The translations under genes were made by a program, and so were the position numbers. A DNA stretch of 61,379 nt, the filler included. It is 5 parts of 5 records of this genome, joined end to end, with 100 filler letters (N's around TTAATTAATTAA, not from the genome) between each part and the next. Parts side by side here need not be neighbours in the genome. Positions count along the whole stretch, not along the records: positions 15,799 to 42,059 come from SRR31156797_9782; 4 more parts are not named here. One strand, written 5' to 3'. Of this stretch, positions 15,799 to 27,132 are shown one piece after another. Within the stretch, counting starts at the first letter, position 1. Each line of letters begins with the position of its first letter. The notes beneath the pieces were generated by a model. That model saw only the letters and a program-made list of their open reading frames with translations, did not search any database and was not told where the DNA came from.

Positions 15799-16245
15799 TA
15801 TCTGTTGGATCAAAGCCCGGCAATTAAGGATCTTGTAAGTGCTGTTGAGGTTAAATTAAATAAAAGGGCTTTTTCAACTATGCCGAAGACTTTTTTTCGG
15901 AATGTTGGGAAAAAACAACTGGATAAGTGTGTCGCTCCGCCGGTTACTAACTGGATAAAAGGTTTTATGGATGCCGAGTTTGTTATTACTGATTCGTTTC
16001 ATGGTACGGTTTTCTCTATAATCTTTAATAAACCTTTTATTTCCATAGGCAACACAAAAAGAGGCATGTCGAGGTTTACCTCATTTCTTTCGATGTTTGG
16101 ACTTGAACAACGTCTGATTACAGAAAAAAACCTGGAAAAATATGATGAACTGATAAATACAGAGATTGATTTTGACCGGGTAAATTCAGCTTTGGCTGAA
16201 ATGCGAAATCAATCGATGAATTTTTTAAAAGATGCACTTAATTAA
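15799..16245 (+). CDS. Polysaccharide pyruvyl transferase family (5' partial)
   Basis: AEFVITDSFHGTVFSIIFNKPF motif. Confidence 0.85.
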   Translation, partial: YLLDQSPAIKDLVSAVEVKLNKRAFSTMPKTFFRNVGKKQLDKCVAPPVTNWIKGFMDAEFVITDSFHGTVFSIIFNKPFISIGNTKRGMSRFTSFLSMFGLEQRLITEKNLEKYDELINTEIDFDRVNSALAEMRNQSMNFLKDALN

Positions 16246-16253
16246 TTTGTTAG

Positions 16254-17738
16254 TTGGAAAAAACACATGACATATTTGCAAACCAAGGTGGAGCAAGCTT
16301 TTTAAGAAAGCCCATACCCTTTGCCTTAATGATTTTGGCGTTGGCAGCCATTGGATCGTTGGTTGGGCAGCAGGGGGCAGTTACCGGTTTTGCAGTTATG
16401 TTTCTGCCGTTTATTGCAGTATATTTTTATTTCCTTTTTAAAGATCCCCGAATTGGGATGTTTGGTTTATTTTTCTGTAACTATTTCATCCTCGGATTTG
16501 CACGTTATATTAAAGGGATTCCCCTGGGAATGTCGATTGATTTTCACCTGATAATTATTTTGGTAGCCCTGTTTTTTAAATCCTTTTTTCATGAAATTCC
16601 ATGGAAAAATGCCAAAAATGAGTTGTTTTATATTGTGCTTCTTTGGTTTGGCTGGATTGTATTTCAGATTATTAATCCGGAAGCTATTAGCCGGGTAGCA
16701 TGGTTTTATTCCATGAGAAGTATTGGCTTGTACATGCTTATTTGTGTACCATTGGTTTTTATCGTTTTTAGTTCGTTAAAAGACCTAAAATATTTTTTCC
16801 ATTTGTGGGCTGTTTTTGCAATTCTGGGTTCAGTTAAAGGTCTCATTCAAAAACATGTTGGGCTCGATCCTTTTGAACATGCCTGGTTAATGGGGCCGGC
16901 AAAAGATACTCACCTGTTATTCGGAAAACTAAGGGTGTTTTCGTTTTTTACTGATGCCGGGCAATTTGGGGCTTCAATGGGACACTCAGGGGTAGTATTT
17001 CTAATCCTGGCATTTAACCAAAAGAAATCGAAAAAATTAAAAATATTTTATACCATCACCGGTCTTCTTTCCATTTATGGATTATTGATTTCGGGAACAC
17101 GTGGCTCGATTGCCGTTCCGGTAATGGGGTTTGCGCTTTACGTGGCACTACAGCGAAATATTAAGATTATACTACTGGGAGCAATTCTTGGAGCATCGGT
17201 ATTTGTATTTTTTAAATATACTACCATTGGGCAGGGTAACTATACCATTGCACGTATGCGTACCGCGTTTAATCCTGAAGATAAGTCTTTACAGGTACGC
17301 TTAGAGAATCAGCGAAAATTGAAGACTTATATGGCTTCGCGGCCCATTGGAGCAGGAGTGGGAGCCACTGGAAGAGAGGCCGCAAAAGTTGCGCCTCATT
17401 CCATGGCATCACAGGTTCCTACCGACAGTTGGTACGTGATTGTTTGGGTAGAGCAAGGCATAGTTGGTTTAACATTGCACCTTTTAATGCTGTTTTACAT
17501 TGTATTGAAAAGTTCGTATCTGATTGCCTTCAAATTGAAAGATCCATGGGTGAAAGCACAGTTATCTGCATTAGTGTGCGGAATGTTTGGAATTATGGTT
17601 GCCTCATATGGTAATGCAGTTTTGGGTCAAATGCCCACTGTTATCATATTCTATTCAACCATGGCTTTTTTGTTCCTGGCTAAAAAGTACGATCAGGAGG
17701 CAGCGATGGAAACAAGTTCAAACCTTCAAAATACGTAA
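16254..17738 (+). CDS. O-antigen ligase/Wzy-like polymerase
   Basis: About 12 TM segments; ISGTRG; large loop with PIGAGVG and DSWY...EQGIVG. Confidence 0.85.
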   Translation: MEKTHDIFANQGGASFLRKPIPFALMILALAAIGSLVGQQGAVTGFAVMFLPFIAVYFYFLFKDPRIGMFGLFFCNYFILGFARYIKGIPLGMSIDFHLIIILVALFFKSFFHEIPWKNAKNELFYIVLLWFGWIVFQIINPEAISRVAWFYSMRSIGLYMLICVPLVFIVFSSLKDLKYFFHLWAVFAILGSVKGLIQKHVGLDPFEHAWLMGPAKDTHLLFGKLRVFSFFTDAGQFGASMGHSGVVFLILAFNQKKSKKLKIFYTITGLLSIYGLLISGTRGSIAVPVMGFALYVALQRNIKIILLGAILGASVFVFFKYTTIGQGNYTIARMRTAFNPEDKSLQVRLENQRKLKTYMASRPIGAGVGATGREAAKVAPHSMASQVPTDSWYVIVWVEQGIVGLTLHLLMLFYIVLKSSYLIAFKLKDPWVKAQLSALVCGMFGIMVASYGNAVLGQMPTVIIFYSTMAFLFLAKKYDQEAAMETSSNLQNT

Positions 17739-17739
17739 G

Positions 17740-18663
17740 ATGAGAGATGAGTTGAAGAAATATCCTTTGGTTTCAATCATAACGGTAAATTATAACCAGG
17801 TTGAAGTGACACTCGATCTGTTGCGTACTCTGGAGCATCTAAGCTATCCGAATGTTGAAATAATTGTTGTTGACAATAACAGCTTAAACGATAATCCTGG
17901 TATTATTGTGGAGCAATACCCCAAAGTGCAATTAATAAGAAGCAAAAAGAATCTGGGTTTTGCCGGAGGAAATAATCTTGGAGTACGGGCATCTAAGGGA
18001 GATTACCTCATGTTTATTAATAACGATACCGAAGTGCCTGCTGATTTTCTTCAACCATTAGTAGATCTTTTAGAGAAGGATAAAACCATAGGAATGGTTA
18101 GCCCGAAAATAAAATTTCACTGGGATCCATCCATTGTGCAATATGCAGGTATTACAAAAATGAATCCGGTAACACTCCGAAACCATGGTATTGGTTATTA
18201 CAAAAAAGACGGACCTGAATTTGATCAACTTACACCAACCGAGTCAATTCATGGTGCAGCAATGATGGTACCTCGTCGGGTTATTAAAGAGGTGGGGATG
18301 ATGACCGAAGTTTACTTTCTGTATTACGAAGAGCACGACTGGGCTGAAAGGATTAAAAAAGCAGGCTATAAAATATACTATCAACCCAAATCGTATGTCC
18401 TTCATAAAGAGTCGGTTTCCACAGGCAAGAACAGTCCTTTTAAAACTTACTACATTACTCGGAATCGTTTGGTTTTCGCACGACGGAATTACAGCGGCAT
18501 GGAGTTTATTTTAAGTTGGATCTTTCAAACTTTTGTTTCAATACCTAAAAATACACTTGTCCACATATTGTCGGGCAATTTTGCTCATTTAAAAGCTTAT
18601 TGGAAAGGTTTATTCTGGAATTTATCTCATTACAGGAATGTACATACAAACCCAAAATTATAA
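17740..18663 (+). CDS. GT2 glycosyltransferase
   Basis: VSIITVNYN, VVDNNS, NLGFAGGNN, INND, YYEEHD. Confidence 0.92.
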   Translation: MRDELKKYPLVSIITVNYNQVEVTLDLLRTLEHLSYPNVEIIVVDNNSLNDNPGIIVEQYPKVQLIRSKKNLGFAGGNNLGVRASKGDYLMFINNDTEVPADFLQPLVDLLEKDKTIGMVSPKIKFHWDPSIVQYAGITKMNPVTLRNHGIGYYKKDGPEFDQLTPTESIHGAAMMVPRRVIKEVGMMTEVYFLYYEEHDWAERIKKAGYKIYYQPKSYVLHKESVSTGKNSPFKTYYITRNRLVFARRNYSGMEFILSWIFQTFVSIPKNTLVHILSGNFAHLKAYWKGLFWNLSHYRNVHTNPKL

Positions 18664-18665
18664 AC

Positions 18666-19877
18666 ATGGAAATCATTCAAATTATAGTACAGGTAATTGA
18701 ATACATCTTAATTGTGTATTTCGGTTTTGCAGCGTTGTATGTGTTCATTTTTGGTTTAGCAGGTGTTTTTCCGTTAAATCAAAAACAACCACCGCATACA
18801 ACATTTCGAAAATTTGCAGTATTAATTCCGGGTTATAAGGAAGATGCTGTTATTGTTGAGGTTGCAAAAGAGACATTGAACCAGGATTACCCGAGGGAGC
18901 ATTATGACGTGGTTATTATTGCCGATTCGTTTCAATCCAAAACAATAGAAGCCTTAAAAGAGCTTCCAATCAAGCTGGTTGAAGTTTCGTTTGATGTAAG
19001 CACTAAATCGAAAGCTTTAAACAAAGCAATGGCTGAAATTGGTGATAATTATGATGTTGCTCTTGTACTGGATGCCGATAATATAATGAAAGCCGATTTT
19101 ATTACAAAGATAAACCGGGCATTCGACAACGGATTTCAGGTAGTGCAGGGACATCGGGTAGCAAAAAACGTAAATACCTCGTTTGCCGTTTTAGATGCTA
19201 TTAGCGAAGAAGTAAACAATCATATATTTAGAAAAGGACACCGTAAACTTGGATTCTCATCGGCATTAATAGGATCGGGTATGGCCTTTGATTATGCCTT
19301 TTTTAAAGAAACAATGGCTAATGTAAAAGCTGTTGGTGGCTTTGATAAAGAGCTCGAATTAAGGTTGTTAAAAGACCGGAATAAAATACAGTATGTGCAC
19401 GATGCCATAGTGCTCGACGAAAAGGTACAAAAGTCGGAAGTTTTTGCCAAGCAACGAAAACGTTGGCTTTCTGCACAATTTGTATACTTCGGCAGGTACT
19501 TTTTTCCGGGAGTCTATCACTTGCTTTTTAAAGGGAATCTTGATTTTTTCGATAAAGTATATCAAATGGTTTCACCTCCAAGAGTGCTTTTGGTTGGTAT
19601 CACTACTATTATAACAGCTTTTTATGCAGCCTTATATTTTATATTTCCCGAGGGAGAATTTTTCAGGTTTACAATACAGGAATGGGGGGCGATCTTTATT
19701 ACTGTAGTTTTAGCCTTTTTATTTAGTATTCCATCCGGGTTCTACAAACTACAAACTTTACAAGCGATAATGACTTTGCCAAAGGCTTTTTTCTTAATGT
19801 TCACATCCTTGTTTAAACTAAAAGGAGCCAACAAAAAATTTATTCATACTGAACACGGAACAGCTAATTCGAATTAA
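18666..19877 (+). CDS. Membrane GT2 (processive-type) glycosyltransferase
   Basis: LDAD and QRKRW (QxxRW) motifs; TM helices at both ends. Confidence 0.9.
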   Translation: MEIIQIIVQVIEYILIVYFGFAALYVFIFGLAGVFPLNQKQPPHTTFRKFAVLIPGYKEDAVIVEVAKETLNQDYPREHYDVVIIADSFQSKTIEALKELPIKLVEVSFDVSTKSKALNKAMAEIGDNYDVALVLDADNIMKADFITKINRAFDNGFQVVQGHRVAKNVNTSFAVLDAISEEVNNHIFRKGHRKLGFSSALIGSGMAFDYAFFKETMANVKAVGGFDKELELRLLKDRNKIQYVHDAIVLDEKVQKSEVFAKQRKRWLSAQFVYFGRYFFPGVYHLLFKGNLDFFDKVYQMVSPPRVLLVGITTIITAFYAALYFIFPEGEFFRFTIQEWGAIFITVVLAFLFSIPSGFYKLQTLQAIMTLPKAFFLMFTSLFKLKGANKKFIHTEHGTANSN

Positions 19878-19879
19878 CT

Positions 19880-21709
19880 ATGAGTGATTTTACAGGATTA
19901 TTTAAAACTTCAGAAAAAATAGCCGATAACCAGGTCCCGATCAGGAAAGAACTTTCCGATCTTGGAAATATAATTGTTTCAGATGATGTTCAGGGAGCAG
20001 AAAAGGACGGAACAAAGCTGTTTCTTTTCGGAAGTATTTATAAGGAAACAAACGGAGATATAGTACAAGGCATATTAAATGCTTATTTAGACGAAGGTAT
20101 TGAGACCTTTAAAAAACTTGATGGAGAATTTACTTTAATCGTTCTGTCAGATTCAAAAACAATAATCTTTCGCGACCGACACGGTGCAGGACCACAGGTG
20201 TACTACAACAAAACTGCCTACTCTTCCTTTTTAAAGAACTTTTTAACACTTAAAGGATTTGATCCGAAACCGAATGTTGAAGCTTTAGCAACTTTTTTAA
20301 GTATTGGTTATGTACCGTCTCCCATGAGCTCATTGGATGGTGTACAAAAAATACCAGGGGGAAATCTATTGATAACCGATGATAAGGATCAAAGGCTTGA
20401 AAATCTGTATTCCTGGGAAGAATATAGAAATGCGTGTAGTAACCCATTGGAAATAAGTGAAGATGAAGCTACCGCAAGGTATGAAGAATTGCATCTGCAA
20501 GCCATAAAACGTAGGGTGGCCGGAAAGAAAAAAGTTGGACTTTTATTAAGTGGAGGGTATGACTCGGGAGGAAATATTGCCGGATTAAGAGAGGTTTATT
20601 CGGGTGAAGCCTATTCGTATTCCATTGGTTTTAAAGATAATCCATGGACTGAACTTCCTTTGGCGAAAATTCTTTCGGAACGATTTGGTACCAAGCATGC
20701 TGAATATGAAATAGATGGTACAGAAATAAAAGAATTACCGGAACTGGTGGAGTATTTGGGAGATCCTTTTCAGGAGGGTGGTTTAATGGTGAATTACACA
20801 GCAATGAAATTGGTTGGAGAAGATAAACCTGATGTGATACTGGGAGGAGATGGTAACGATCAGCACTTTGGTACGGCTGGAAAAGAATTGGCAATGAACT
20901 GGACTTTAAGAAAAAAAGGTCTGGCCGGTTTTCAGAAACTGTATGCGAACCTCGGAGCAATGGGCATGTTTGATAAAGACAATATCTTTTTCAGAACACA
21001 ATTTCATAACGATAAAATTCTGAATATTCAAAAGAGTGATAATTTCGGTTTTAAGAGACATAACTTAAAGCATTTGTTGAAAAATGCTACTACACTTAAA
21101 CCACACAGATACTTGTGGGATGTACCAACCCGGTTTACTGACTTTAATGATTTTTATTTTGTACATAATTATTTTGGCGATATCAGGCAGGTAATTAATG
21201 AGGTGATTTTATTTAAAGCATCAAAAATGTCGGCCATGTTTGGTAACTCATTGAGTTTCCCATATATGAATACTGAAATATATGAATTTCTGAAAACCAT
21301 TCAGCGAAACCTGAAATGTAAAGGAACATTGGATGATTTGGTCAAAGGACGTGGCGTAACCAAGTTTCTTCATAAGAATTACCTGAAACCCAAGTTGCCG
21401 ACCGAAATAACTGATCGCAAAAAACAAGGAGGTTTTGCTCCGTTACCTATATTTTTTAAGGATGAAATACAGCGAAAAAAACTAAAGGATTTTGTATTGG
21501 GAAGCGATGCGGCCAAACACTTGTTTTCTGAAAAATATTTAATCCGCTTTTTTGAAGAATATGATAATAATGTAAAAAGCGGAGGATACTGGTTTTGGTA
21601 TAAACAGGTACAGGCATTCAGGTTTTTTAATCTTGTGGTGATTTGTATGTGGTGGGAAATTTTTATCAATAAAAGAAGTAAAGAAGAGCTATCGAATTTT
21701 ATCAACTAA
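19880..21709 (+). CDS. Asparagine synthase-related amidotransferase/ligase
   Basis: LDGEF, RDRHG, PP-loop LLSGGYDS, GDGND, RKKQG; no N-terminal Cys. Confidence 0.85.
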   Translation: MSDFTGLFKTSEKIADNQVPIRKELSDLGNIIVSDDVQGAEKDGTKLFLFGSIYKETNGDIVQGILNAYLDEGIETFKKLDGEFTLIVLSDSKTIIFRDRHGAGPQVYYNKTAYSSFLKNFLTLKGFDPKPNVEALATFLSIGYVPSPMSSLDGVQKIPGGNLLITDDKDQRLENLYSWEEYRNACSNPLEISEDEATARYEELHLQAIKRRVAGKKKVGLLLSGGYDSGGNIAGLREVYSGEAYSYSIGFKDNPWTELPLAKILSERFGTKHAEYEIDGTEIKELPELVEYLGDPFQEGGLMVNYTAMKLVGEDKPDVILGGDGNDQHFGTAGKELAMNWTLRKKGLAGFQKLYANLGAMGMFDKDNIFFRTQFHNDKILNIQKSDNFGFKRHNLKHLLKNATTLKPHRYLWDVPTRFTDFNDFYFVHNYFGDIRQVINEVILFKASKMSAMFGNSLSFPYMNTEIYEFLKTIQRNLKCKGTLDDLVKGRGVTKFLHKNYLKPKLPTEITDRKKQGGFAPLPIFFKDEIQRKKLKDFVLGSDAAKHLFSEKYLIRFFEEYDNNVKSGGYWFWYKQVQAFRFFNLVVICMWWEIFINKRSKEELSNFIN

Positions 21710-21720
21710 AAACCCTTTTT

Positions 21721-22872
21721 ATGAAAATTGGAATTGAAGGACAAAGGCTTTACCGGAAGAAAAAGCATGGTATGGATATGGTAGCTTTGGAGCTGATTAA
21801 AAACCTCCAAAAAATAGATACTAGGAATGAATATGTAGTTTTTGTAAAACCCGATGTAGACAATACTTGTATTCCTTCTGCTCCTAATTTTAAAATTGTT
21901 GAACTGGAAGGTGGCCCATATCCAACCTGGGAGCAGTTTGCTTTGCCAAAAGCCGCAAAAAAAGAAGGGTGTCATATTTTGCATTGTACCAGTAATACTG
22001 GTCCAATCTGGTCAAAAGTACCTTTAATTACCATACTTCACGATATAATTTACCTCGAGAGTATTAGTATCTTTAAAAAAGCAGGTACCTGGTATCAAAA
22101 GGTGGGGAATATGTACAGACGATGGGTTGTACCTCCTGTAGTTCGTAAAAGTAAAAGGGTTTCTACCGTCTCAAATTTCGAAAAAGAACGAATTAAAAGT
22201 TTTATGGGATTAGGTGATAACCTTGTCGCTATTTACAACGGAGTAGGTAGCCATTTTAAAAAAATTGAAGATGAGGAGGTTTTAAAAGAAGCCAAAGAAA
22301 AATATAAATTACCAGATAAGTTTCTTTTCTTTTTAGGAAATACTGATCCGAAAAAGAATACACCCAATGTACTTAAAGCTTTTGCCGATTTTAATGCAAA
22401 AAGCAAGCAGAAATACAAACTGGTGATGCTTGACTACGAGGAAAGTGCTTTGCAGGCTATATTAAAAGATATTGGTCATCCGGAGTTGCGCGATGATATC
22501 TTTTTAACCGGTTATGTGGTAAATACCGATTTGCCGGCCATCATAAATCAATGCGATGTGTTTTTATATCCTTCGCTCAGAGAAAGTTTTGGAATTCCGA
22601 TTCTGGAAGGAATGGCCTGCGGGGTACCGGTAATCACTTCAAATACATCTTCGATGCCCGAAGTGTCAGGAGGGGCTGCAGAGATTGTTGATCCGATGAA
22701 CCCGGAACAAATAACCAGGGCAATAGAAAAAATTCTAAATAATCCGGAGTTTAATAAACAATTGTGTCAGAAAGGTATGGAACGGGCCCGTAAATTCTCT
22801 TGGGAAAATATTGCAGGGGAATATTTAAAGTTATACAAGGAAGTTTATTCAGAACTAAACGGAAAAAGATGA
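21721..22872 (+). CDS. GT4 glycosyltransferase
   Basis: ESFGIPILEGMACGVPVITS. Confidence 0.93.
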   Translation: MKIGIEGQRLYRKKKHGMDMVALELIKNLQKIDTRNEYVVFVKPDVDNTCIPSAPNFKIVELEGGPYPTWEQFALPKAAKKEGCHILHCTSNTGPIWSKVPLITILHDIIYLESISIFKKAGTWYQKVGNMYRRWVVPPVVRKSKRVSTVSNFEKERIKSFMGLGDNLVAIYNGVGSHFKKIEDEEVLKEAKEKYKLPDKFLFFLGNTDPKKNTPNVLKAFADFNAKSKQKYKLVMLDYEESALQAILKDIGHPELRDDIFLTGYVVNTDLPAIINQCDVFLYPSLRESFGIPILEGMACGVPVITSNTSSMPEVSGGAAEIVDPMNPEQITRAIEKILNNPEFNKQLCQKGMERARKFSWENIAGEYLKLYKEVYSELNGKR

Positions 22873-24071
22873 TTGAAAACAGGGACATAATTTGTATTGC
22901 AAATACAACCTGGTTTGGAGAATATACCAAATCAACTGTACAGCTAATGTCGCGTCTGGCAAAGAAGAACCGGGTATTATTTGTGGAATATCCGTTTACC
23001 TGGAAAGATACGCTTACAACTATGCTTGGAAAACAAAAAGCACCTGTTGCTCGAATGTTGGGTAAAAAAAATATACTTGTTGAAATTGAAACAGAAAATA
23101 ACAGTAAGGTTTATAACCTGGTACCCCCGCCTGTGTTACCGGTTGATTTTATAAAAAATAATGGTCTTTTTCAACCTCTCTTCAATTTAAATATTGCAGC
23201 CTATAAATTCCGACTTAAGCGATTTATAAAAAAATTGGGTATTACTGATCCAATTGTAATTACAGCTTACAATCCTTTTTATGGTTTACCACTAATTGGA
23301 AAGTTGGAAGAAACGTTAAACGTTTATTATTGTTACGATGGAATTGGTACCCGGCGGCACGGTAAGCGGATTTTTGGAAGAGATGAAGCATTCTCGAAAA
23401 AAGTTGATGCCATTATTACTACTTCCGACCATATTAAAACGGAAAAGAAAGCATTTAATACCAACAGCTATGTAGTGAAAAACGGGGTTGATTACGATGT
23501 TTTTTGTGCCGATGCAAAAAAAGAAATTCACCAGCGTAAGAAAAAAATTGTAGGATATATTGGTAGTCTGGATCACCGGTTTGATATTGACATTGTTGAA
23601 TATGCCATAAAAAATATGCCGGAGATCTTGTTCCATTTTACAGGAAACCTGCGTAATCAAAGTATAAAACAAAGGTTGGAAAAATATTCAAATGCAGAGT
23701 TTTTTGGCTCGGTAAAACCTAACGATGTACCAGCCTTACTTGCTACTTACGACATTGGCATTATTCCTTACCTGGTTAACGATATCAATAAAAATATTTA
23801 TCCGCTAAAAATAAATGAATACATGGCTGTAGGTGTTCCGGTTGTAATGACTCCTTTTGCCAATTTAAAAGACTTTTCGGAAATGGTAAGTGTAGCCGGA
23901 AGTAATGAGTCATTTGTTACGGCATTGCGGTCAGAACTGAAGTCGGACAATAAAAAATTACTAAACAGACGAATCGAGTTTGCCAAGTCGAATTCGTGGG
24001 ATATTAGAGCTGAAGAATTTGGATTAATCTTAAAAAAACTGGTTGAAAATGGAAATAGTAAGCAAGGTTAA
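22869..24071 (+). CDS. GT4-like (TuaH-type) glycosyltransferase
   Basis: [26 protein letters not shown]. Confidence 0.88.
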   Translation: MIENRDIICIANTTWFGEYTKSTVQLMSRLAKKNRVLFVEYPFTWKDTLTTMLGKQKAPVARMLGKKNILVEIETENNSKVYNLVPPPVLPVDFIKNNGLFQPLFNLNIAAYKFRLKRFIKKLGITDPIVITAYNPFYGLPLIGKLEETLNVYYCYDGIGTRRHGKRIFGRDEAFSKKVDAIITTSDHIKTEKKAFNTNSYVVKNGVDYDVFCADAKKEIHQRKKKIVGYIGSLDHRFDIDIVEYAIKNMPEILFHFTGNLRNQSIKQRLEKYSNAEFFGSVKPNDVPALLATYDIGIIPYLVNDINKNIYPLKINEYMAVGVPVVMTPFANLKDFSEMVSVAGSNESFVTALRSELKSDNKKLLNRRIEFAKSNSWDIRAEEFGLILKKLVENGNSKQG

Positions 24072-24672
24072 AGGGAATCCGAAACTAAAAAGTTTAGCAC
24101 TTTGGGCCATTACTCCCAAACGTAATCCGCGTCCCAGGTTATGGGTACGATGGTTTCTGAATCCGGTAAAACATAAAAAGGGGAAGGGAGCTACTATCCG
24201 GCGACGCTCAAGAATTGATGTTTTTCCGTGGAATCGTTTTGAAATTGGGAGCTTAACAACCATTGAAGACTTTTGCACTATAAATAACGGTTCGGGCGAT
24301 ATTCTGTTGGGCGACCGAGTTCGTGTTGGAATTGGTTCGGTTTTAATTGGTCCGGTAACCATGGGGACAGGATCGGGATTAGGGCAACATGTTTTTGTCG
24401 CTGGTTTTAACCATGGTTATGTCGATGGTAGTAAAAATTCGAGTGTTCAACCTCTTGATATCAGACCTACAATAATTGAGGAAGAGGCGCATATTGGTGC
24501 TAATTCGGTTGTGGTTGCCGGTGTTACCATCGGAAAACGTAGCCAGATAGGGGCGGGAAGTGTTGTAACCAAAGATGTTCCCCCTTTTAGTGTGGCGGTT
24601 GGCAATCCGGCACGGGTAATTAAACAGTTTAATCCGGGAAGCGGTCGGTGGGAAAAGGTCCCTAAGAATTAA
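24049..24672 (+). CDS. Hexapeptide-repeat O-acetyltransferase
   Basis: [34 protein letters not shown]. Confidence 0.92.
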   Translation: MEIVSKVKGNPKLKSLALWAITPKRNPRPRLWVRWFLNPVKHKKGKGATIRRRSRIDVFPWNRFEIGSLTTIEDFCTINNGSGDILLGDRVRVGIGSVLIGPVTMGTGSGLGQHVFVAGFNHGYVDGSKNSSVQPLDIRPTIIEEEAHIGANSVVVAGVTIGKRSQIGAGSVVTKDVPPFSVAVGNPARVIKQFNPGSGRWEKVPKN

Positions 24673-24693
24673 TAATCCCTGAAATATTTTGAA

Positions 24694-25776
24694 ATGAAAA
24701 CAAGTGTAAAAAAAGATACTTCGATTGAAACTTTAAGAGGCCTGGCAATAATCCTGGTAGTTATTGGCCATGTAATTGGTTCGGGGCCAGATGGAGGTAT
24801 GAAAGTAGACGATAATTCGTTTCTGAGGCATTTCTATTTTACATTTCAATATTTACGAATGCCTTTGTTTACTGTAATATCAGGATGGGTATATGCTCTC
24901 CGGCCGGCAACAAATGGAAACCTTTGGAGTTTTAATGTTAAAAAGGTAAGACGATTACTCCTTCCTTTGTTTTTTGGAGGAGGTGCCTATTATGTCTTGC
25001 AATCATTAATCCCGGGAACTAACTTTTCTTATGGTTTGGCAGATATCTGGCGCATTCTGATTTTTCCATATACCTTTTATTGGTATCTCCAGGCTTTATT
25101 CCTGGTGTTCATTGTACTATCAATAATCGATGCGAAAAAATGGGCCAATTCATTTGCCGGCTGGTTAATCGTATTCTTATTTAGTGTGGGGGTATTATTT
25201 GCCCGAAATGCATTTATCCCGCAACAGTTTCCCAACTATTTCGGATTTAAAGGTGCCATTTATTTAATGCCATTTTTTGTTATCGGAGTAGGCATTCAAC
25301 GGTTTAAACCTTTTTTCGAGAATAAGGTTTTCGTATGGAGTTGTGCTATTCTTTTGGTTGCCGGGTTGATATTCCAACAATTGGTGTGGTACAATGTAAT
25401 TCACTACCAGTTTAAACCAAGTGATGGTATTGGATTACTAATTGGAGTAGTTGGTGTGGTTGTTTGTTTGCGAATACATTTCTCGGTTCGATGGTTGGTA
25501 TGGATCGGTAGCTATGCTTATACCATTTATTTGTTTCATTCGTTTGGAACAGCCGGAGGAAGAATCCTGCTTCATAAGGCAGGTGTTGAACTTACACCAA
25601 TCGTATTTGCCATTTCTTTATTGCTGGGGATATTCCTACCTGTCGTAGCTGAAATAATTTTAGATAGGATAAGGATAACACGTTTCTTATTTCTCGGTCG
25701 TAGCTATAACACAAAGAAAAAAACAAACAGTACAGCCAAATCTGCTGAATTAAAATTACAAACTACATCAAACTAA
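24694..25776 (+). CDS. Acyltransferase-3 family membrane O-acyltransferase
   Basis: LRGLAIILVVIGH, RMPLF..ISG, WYL, IYLFH. Confidence 0.9.
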   Translation: MKTSVKKDTSIETLRGLAIILVVIGHVIGSGPDGGMKVDDNSFLRHFYFTFQYLRMPLFTVISGWVYALRPATNGNLWSFNVKKVRRLLLPLFFGGGAYYVLQSLIPGTNFSYGLADIWRILIFPYTFYWYLQALFLVFIVLSIIDAKKWANSFAGWLIVFLFSVGVLFARNAFIPQQFPNYFGFKGAIYLMPFFVIGVGIQRFKPFFENKVFVWSCAILLVAGLIFQQLVWYNVIHYQFKPSDGIGLLIGVVGVVVCLRIHFSVRWLVWIGSYAYTIYLFHSFGTAGGRILLHKAGVELTPIVFAISLLLGIFLPVVAEIILDRIRITRFLFLGRSYNTKKKTNSTAKSAELKLQTTSN

Positions 25777-25781
25777 ATACT

Positions 25782-26969
25782 ATGAATACAATTGAAATTT
25801 TATTTTGGGCATCTTTATTTATCATTTTCTATTCGTATCTGGGTTATGGTATTCTGCTTTATGTAATAATAAAAATCAGGCGTGTGCTTGGCATATCGAA
25901 GCCTTATACCGGTAATGATGATTACGAACCGGAGGTAACACTATTTGTGGCTGCATATAACGAAAAAGACTATGTGGATGAGAAAGTAAAAAACTCTTTT
26001 AGTTTAAATTATCCGCAAAACAAGGTTCGACATGTTTGGGTAACCGATGGATCGGATGATGGTACACCAGATATTTTAAGGAACTACGACGGTGTTGAAG
26101 TATACCACGAAGATGCACGAGGAGGAAAAATTGGAGCAATGAACCGTGGAATGAAGTTTGTAAAAACGCCAATTGTAATCTTTTCAGATGGGAATACTAC
26201 GCTAGGTAAAAATGCAATACAGGAAATTGTGAACTTGTTTAAAAATCCAAAAGTAGGTTGTGTTTCCGGGGAAAAACGGATTGTAAAAAAAGATGCTGAT
26301 GCTGCTGCAGGTGCAGGAGAGGGGATATACTGGAAATATGAATCGACATTAAAAAAATGGGATGCAGAGTTGTATTCTGTTGTTGGTGCAGCCGGTGAGT
26401 TGTTTGCCATTAGAACAGAATTGTGGCAGGAAGTAGAAAAAGACACTTTGCTTGACGACTTTATTATTTCGCTTCGAGTAGCAATGTCTGGTTTTACTAT
26501 TCAGTATAATCCGGAAGCCTATGCTATTGAAACAGCATCGGCAAATGTAAAGGAAGAATTGAAGCGTAAGGTCAGGATCTCTGCCGGTGGCATTCAATCG
26601 GTTATTCGCTTAAGTTCGTTGTTAAATATTTTTAAATTTGGAACACTCTCATTTCAATACATATCACATCGTGTTTTACGATGGACTCTCACTCCTCTTC
26701 TTTTGCTGTGTATTATTCCTCTAAATTATGTGTTGGCTCAAAATGTCGGTTTTAATCCACAAAATTTGTATACACTTCTTTTTTATGGCCAGGTAGTATT
26801 CTATGTTGCTGCACTGGCAGGTTGGTTCCTCGAAAACCGAAGAATAAAAGTTAAGGCTTTATTTGTTCCTTATTACTTTTTTATCATGAACTTGTCGGTT
26901 TACCTTGGATTCAGACGTTACTTAAAAGGAAGTCAGTCTGTAAATTGGGCCAGGGCCAAACGAGGATAA
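25782..26969 (+). CDS. Membrane GT2 glycosyltransferase (PgaC/IcaA-like)
   Basis: AAYNE, DGSDDGT, FSDGN, LDDF, RKVRI. Confidence 0.9.
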   Translation: MNTIEILFWASLFIIFYSYLGYGILLYVIIKIRRVLGISKPYTGNDDYEPEVTLFVAAYNEKDYVDEKVKNSFSLNYPQNKVRHVWVTDGSDDGTPDILRNYDGVEVYHEDARGGKIGAMNRGMKFVKTPIVIFSDGNTTLGKNAIQEIVNLFKNPKVGCVSGEKRIVKKDADAAAGAGEGIYWKYESTLKKWDAELYSVVGAAGELFAIRTELWQEVEKDTLLDDFIISLRVAMSGFTIQYNPEAYAIETASANVKEELKRKVRISAGGIQSVIRLSSLLNIFKFGTLSFQYISHRVLRWTLTPLLLLCIIPLNYVLAQNVGFNPQNLYTLLFYGQVVFYVAALAGWFLENRRIKVKALFVPYYFFIMNLSVYLGFRRYLKGSQSVNWARAKRG

Positions 26970-26992
26970 CCTGTTTGTTTAAAAACTGAATA

Positions 26993-27041
26993 ACGTAAAA
27001 AATGCTGATTAGGAGTAATATTTAATCAGCATTTTTTACGT
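26993..27041. terminator. Bidirectional intrinsic terminator
   Basis: Perfect 19-bp inverted repeat ACGTAAAAAATGCTGATTA / TAATCAGCATTTTTTACGT. Confidence 0.85.
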
Positions 27042-27132
27042 AGTATTTAGGTCATTTTTTTCAGTTGAGGGAATAAACAATTTGTATATTGCGGGTGATA
27101 ATTTACAAGATCCACCATTAAATAGATACAAA

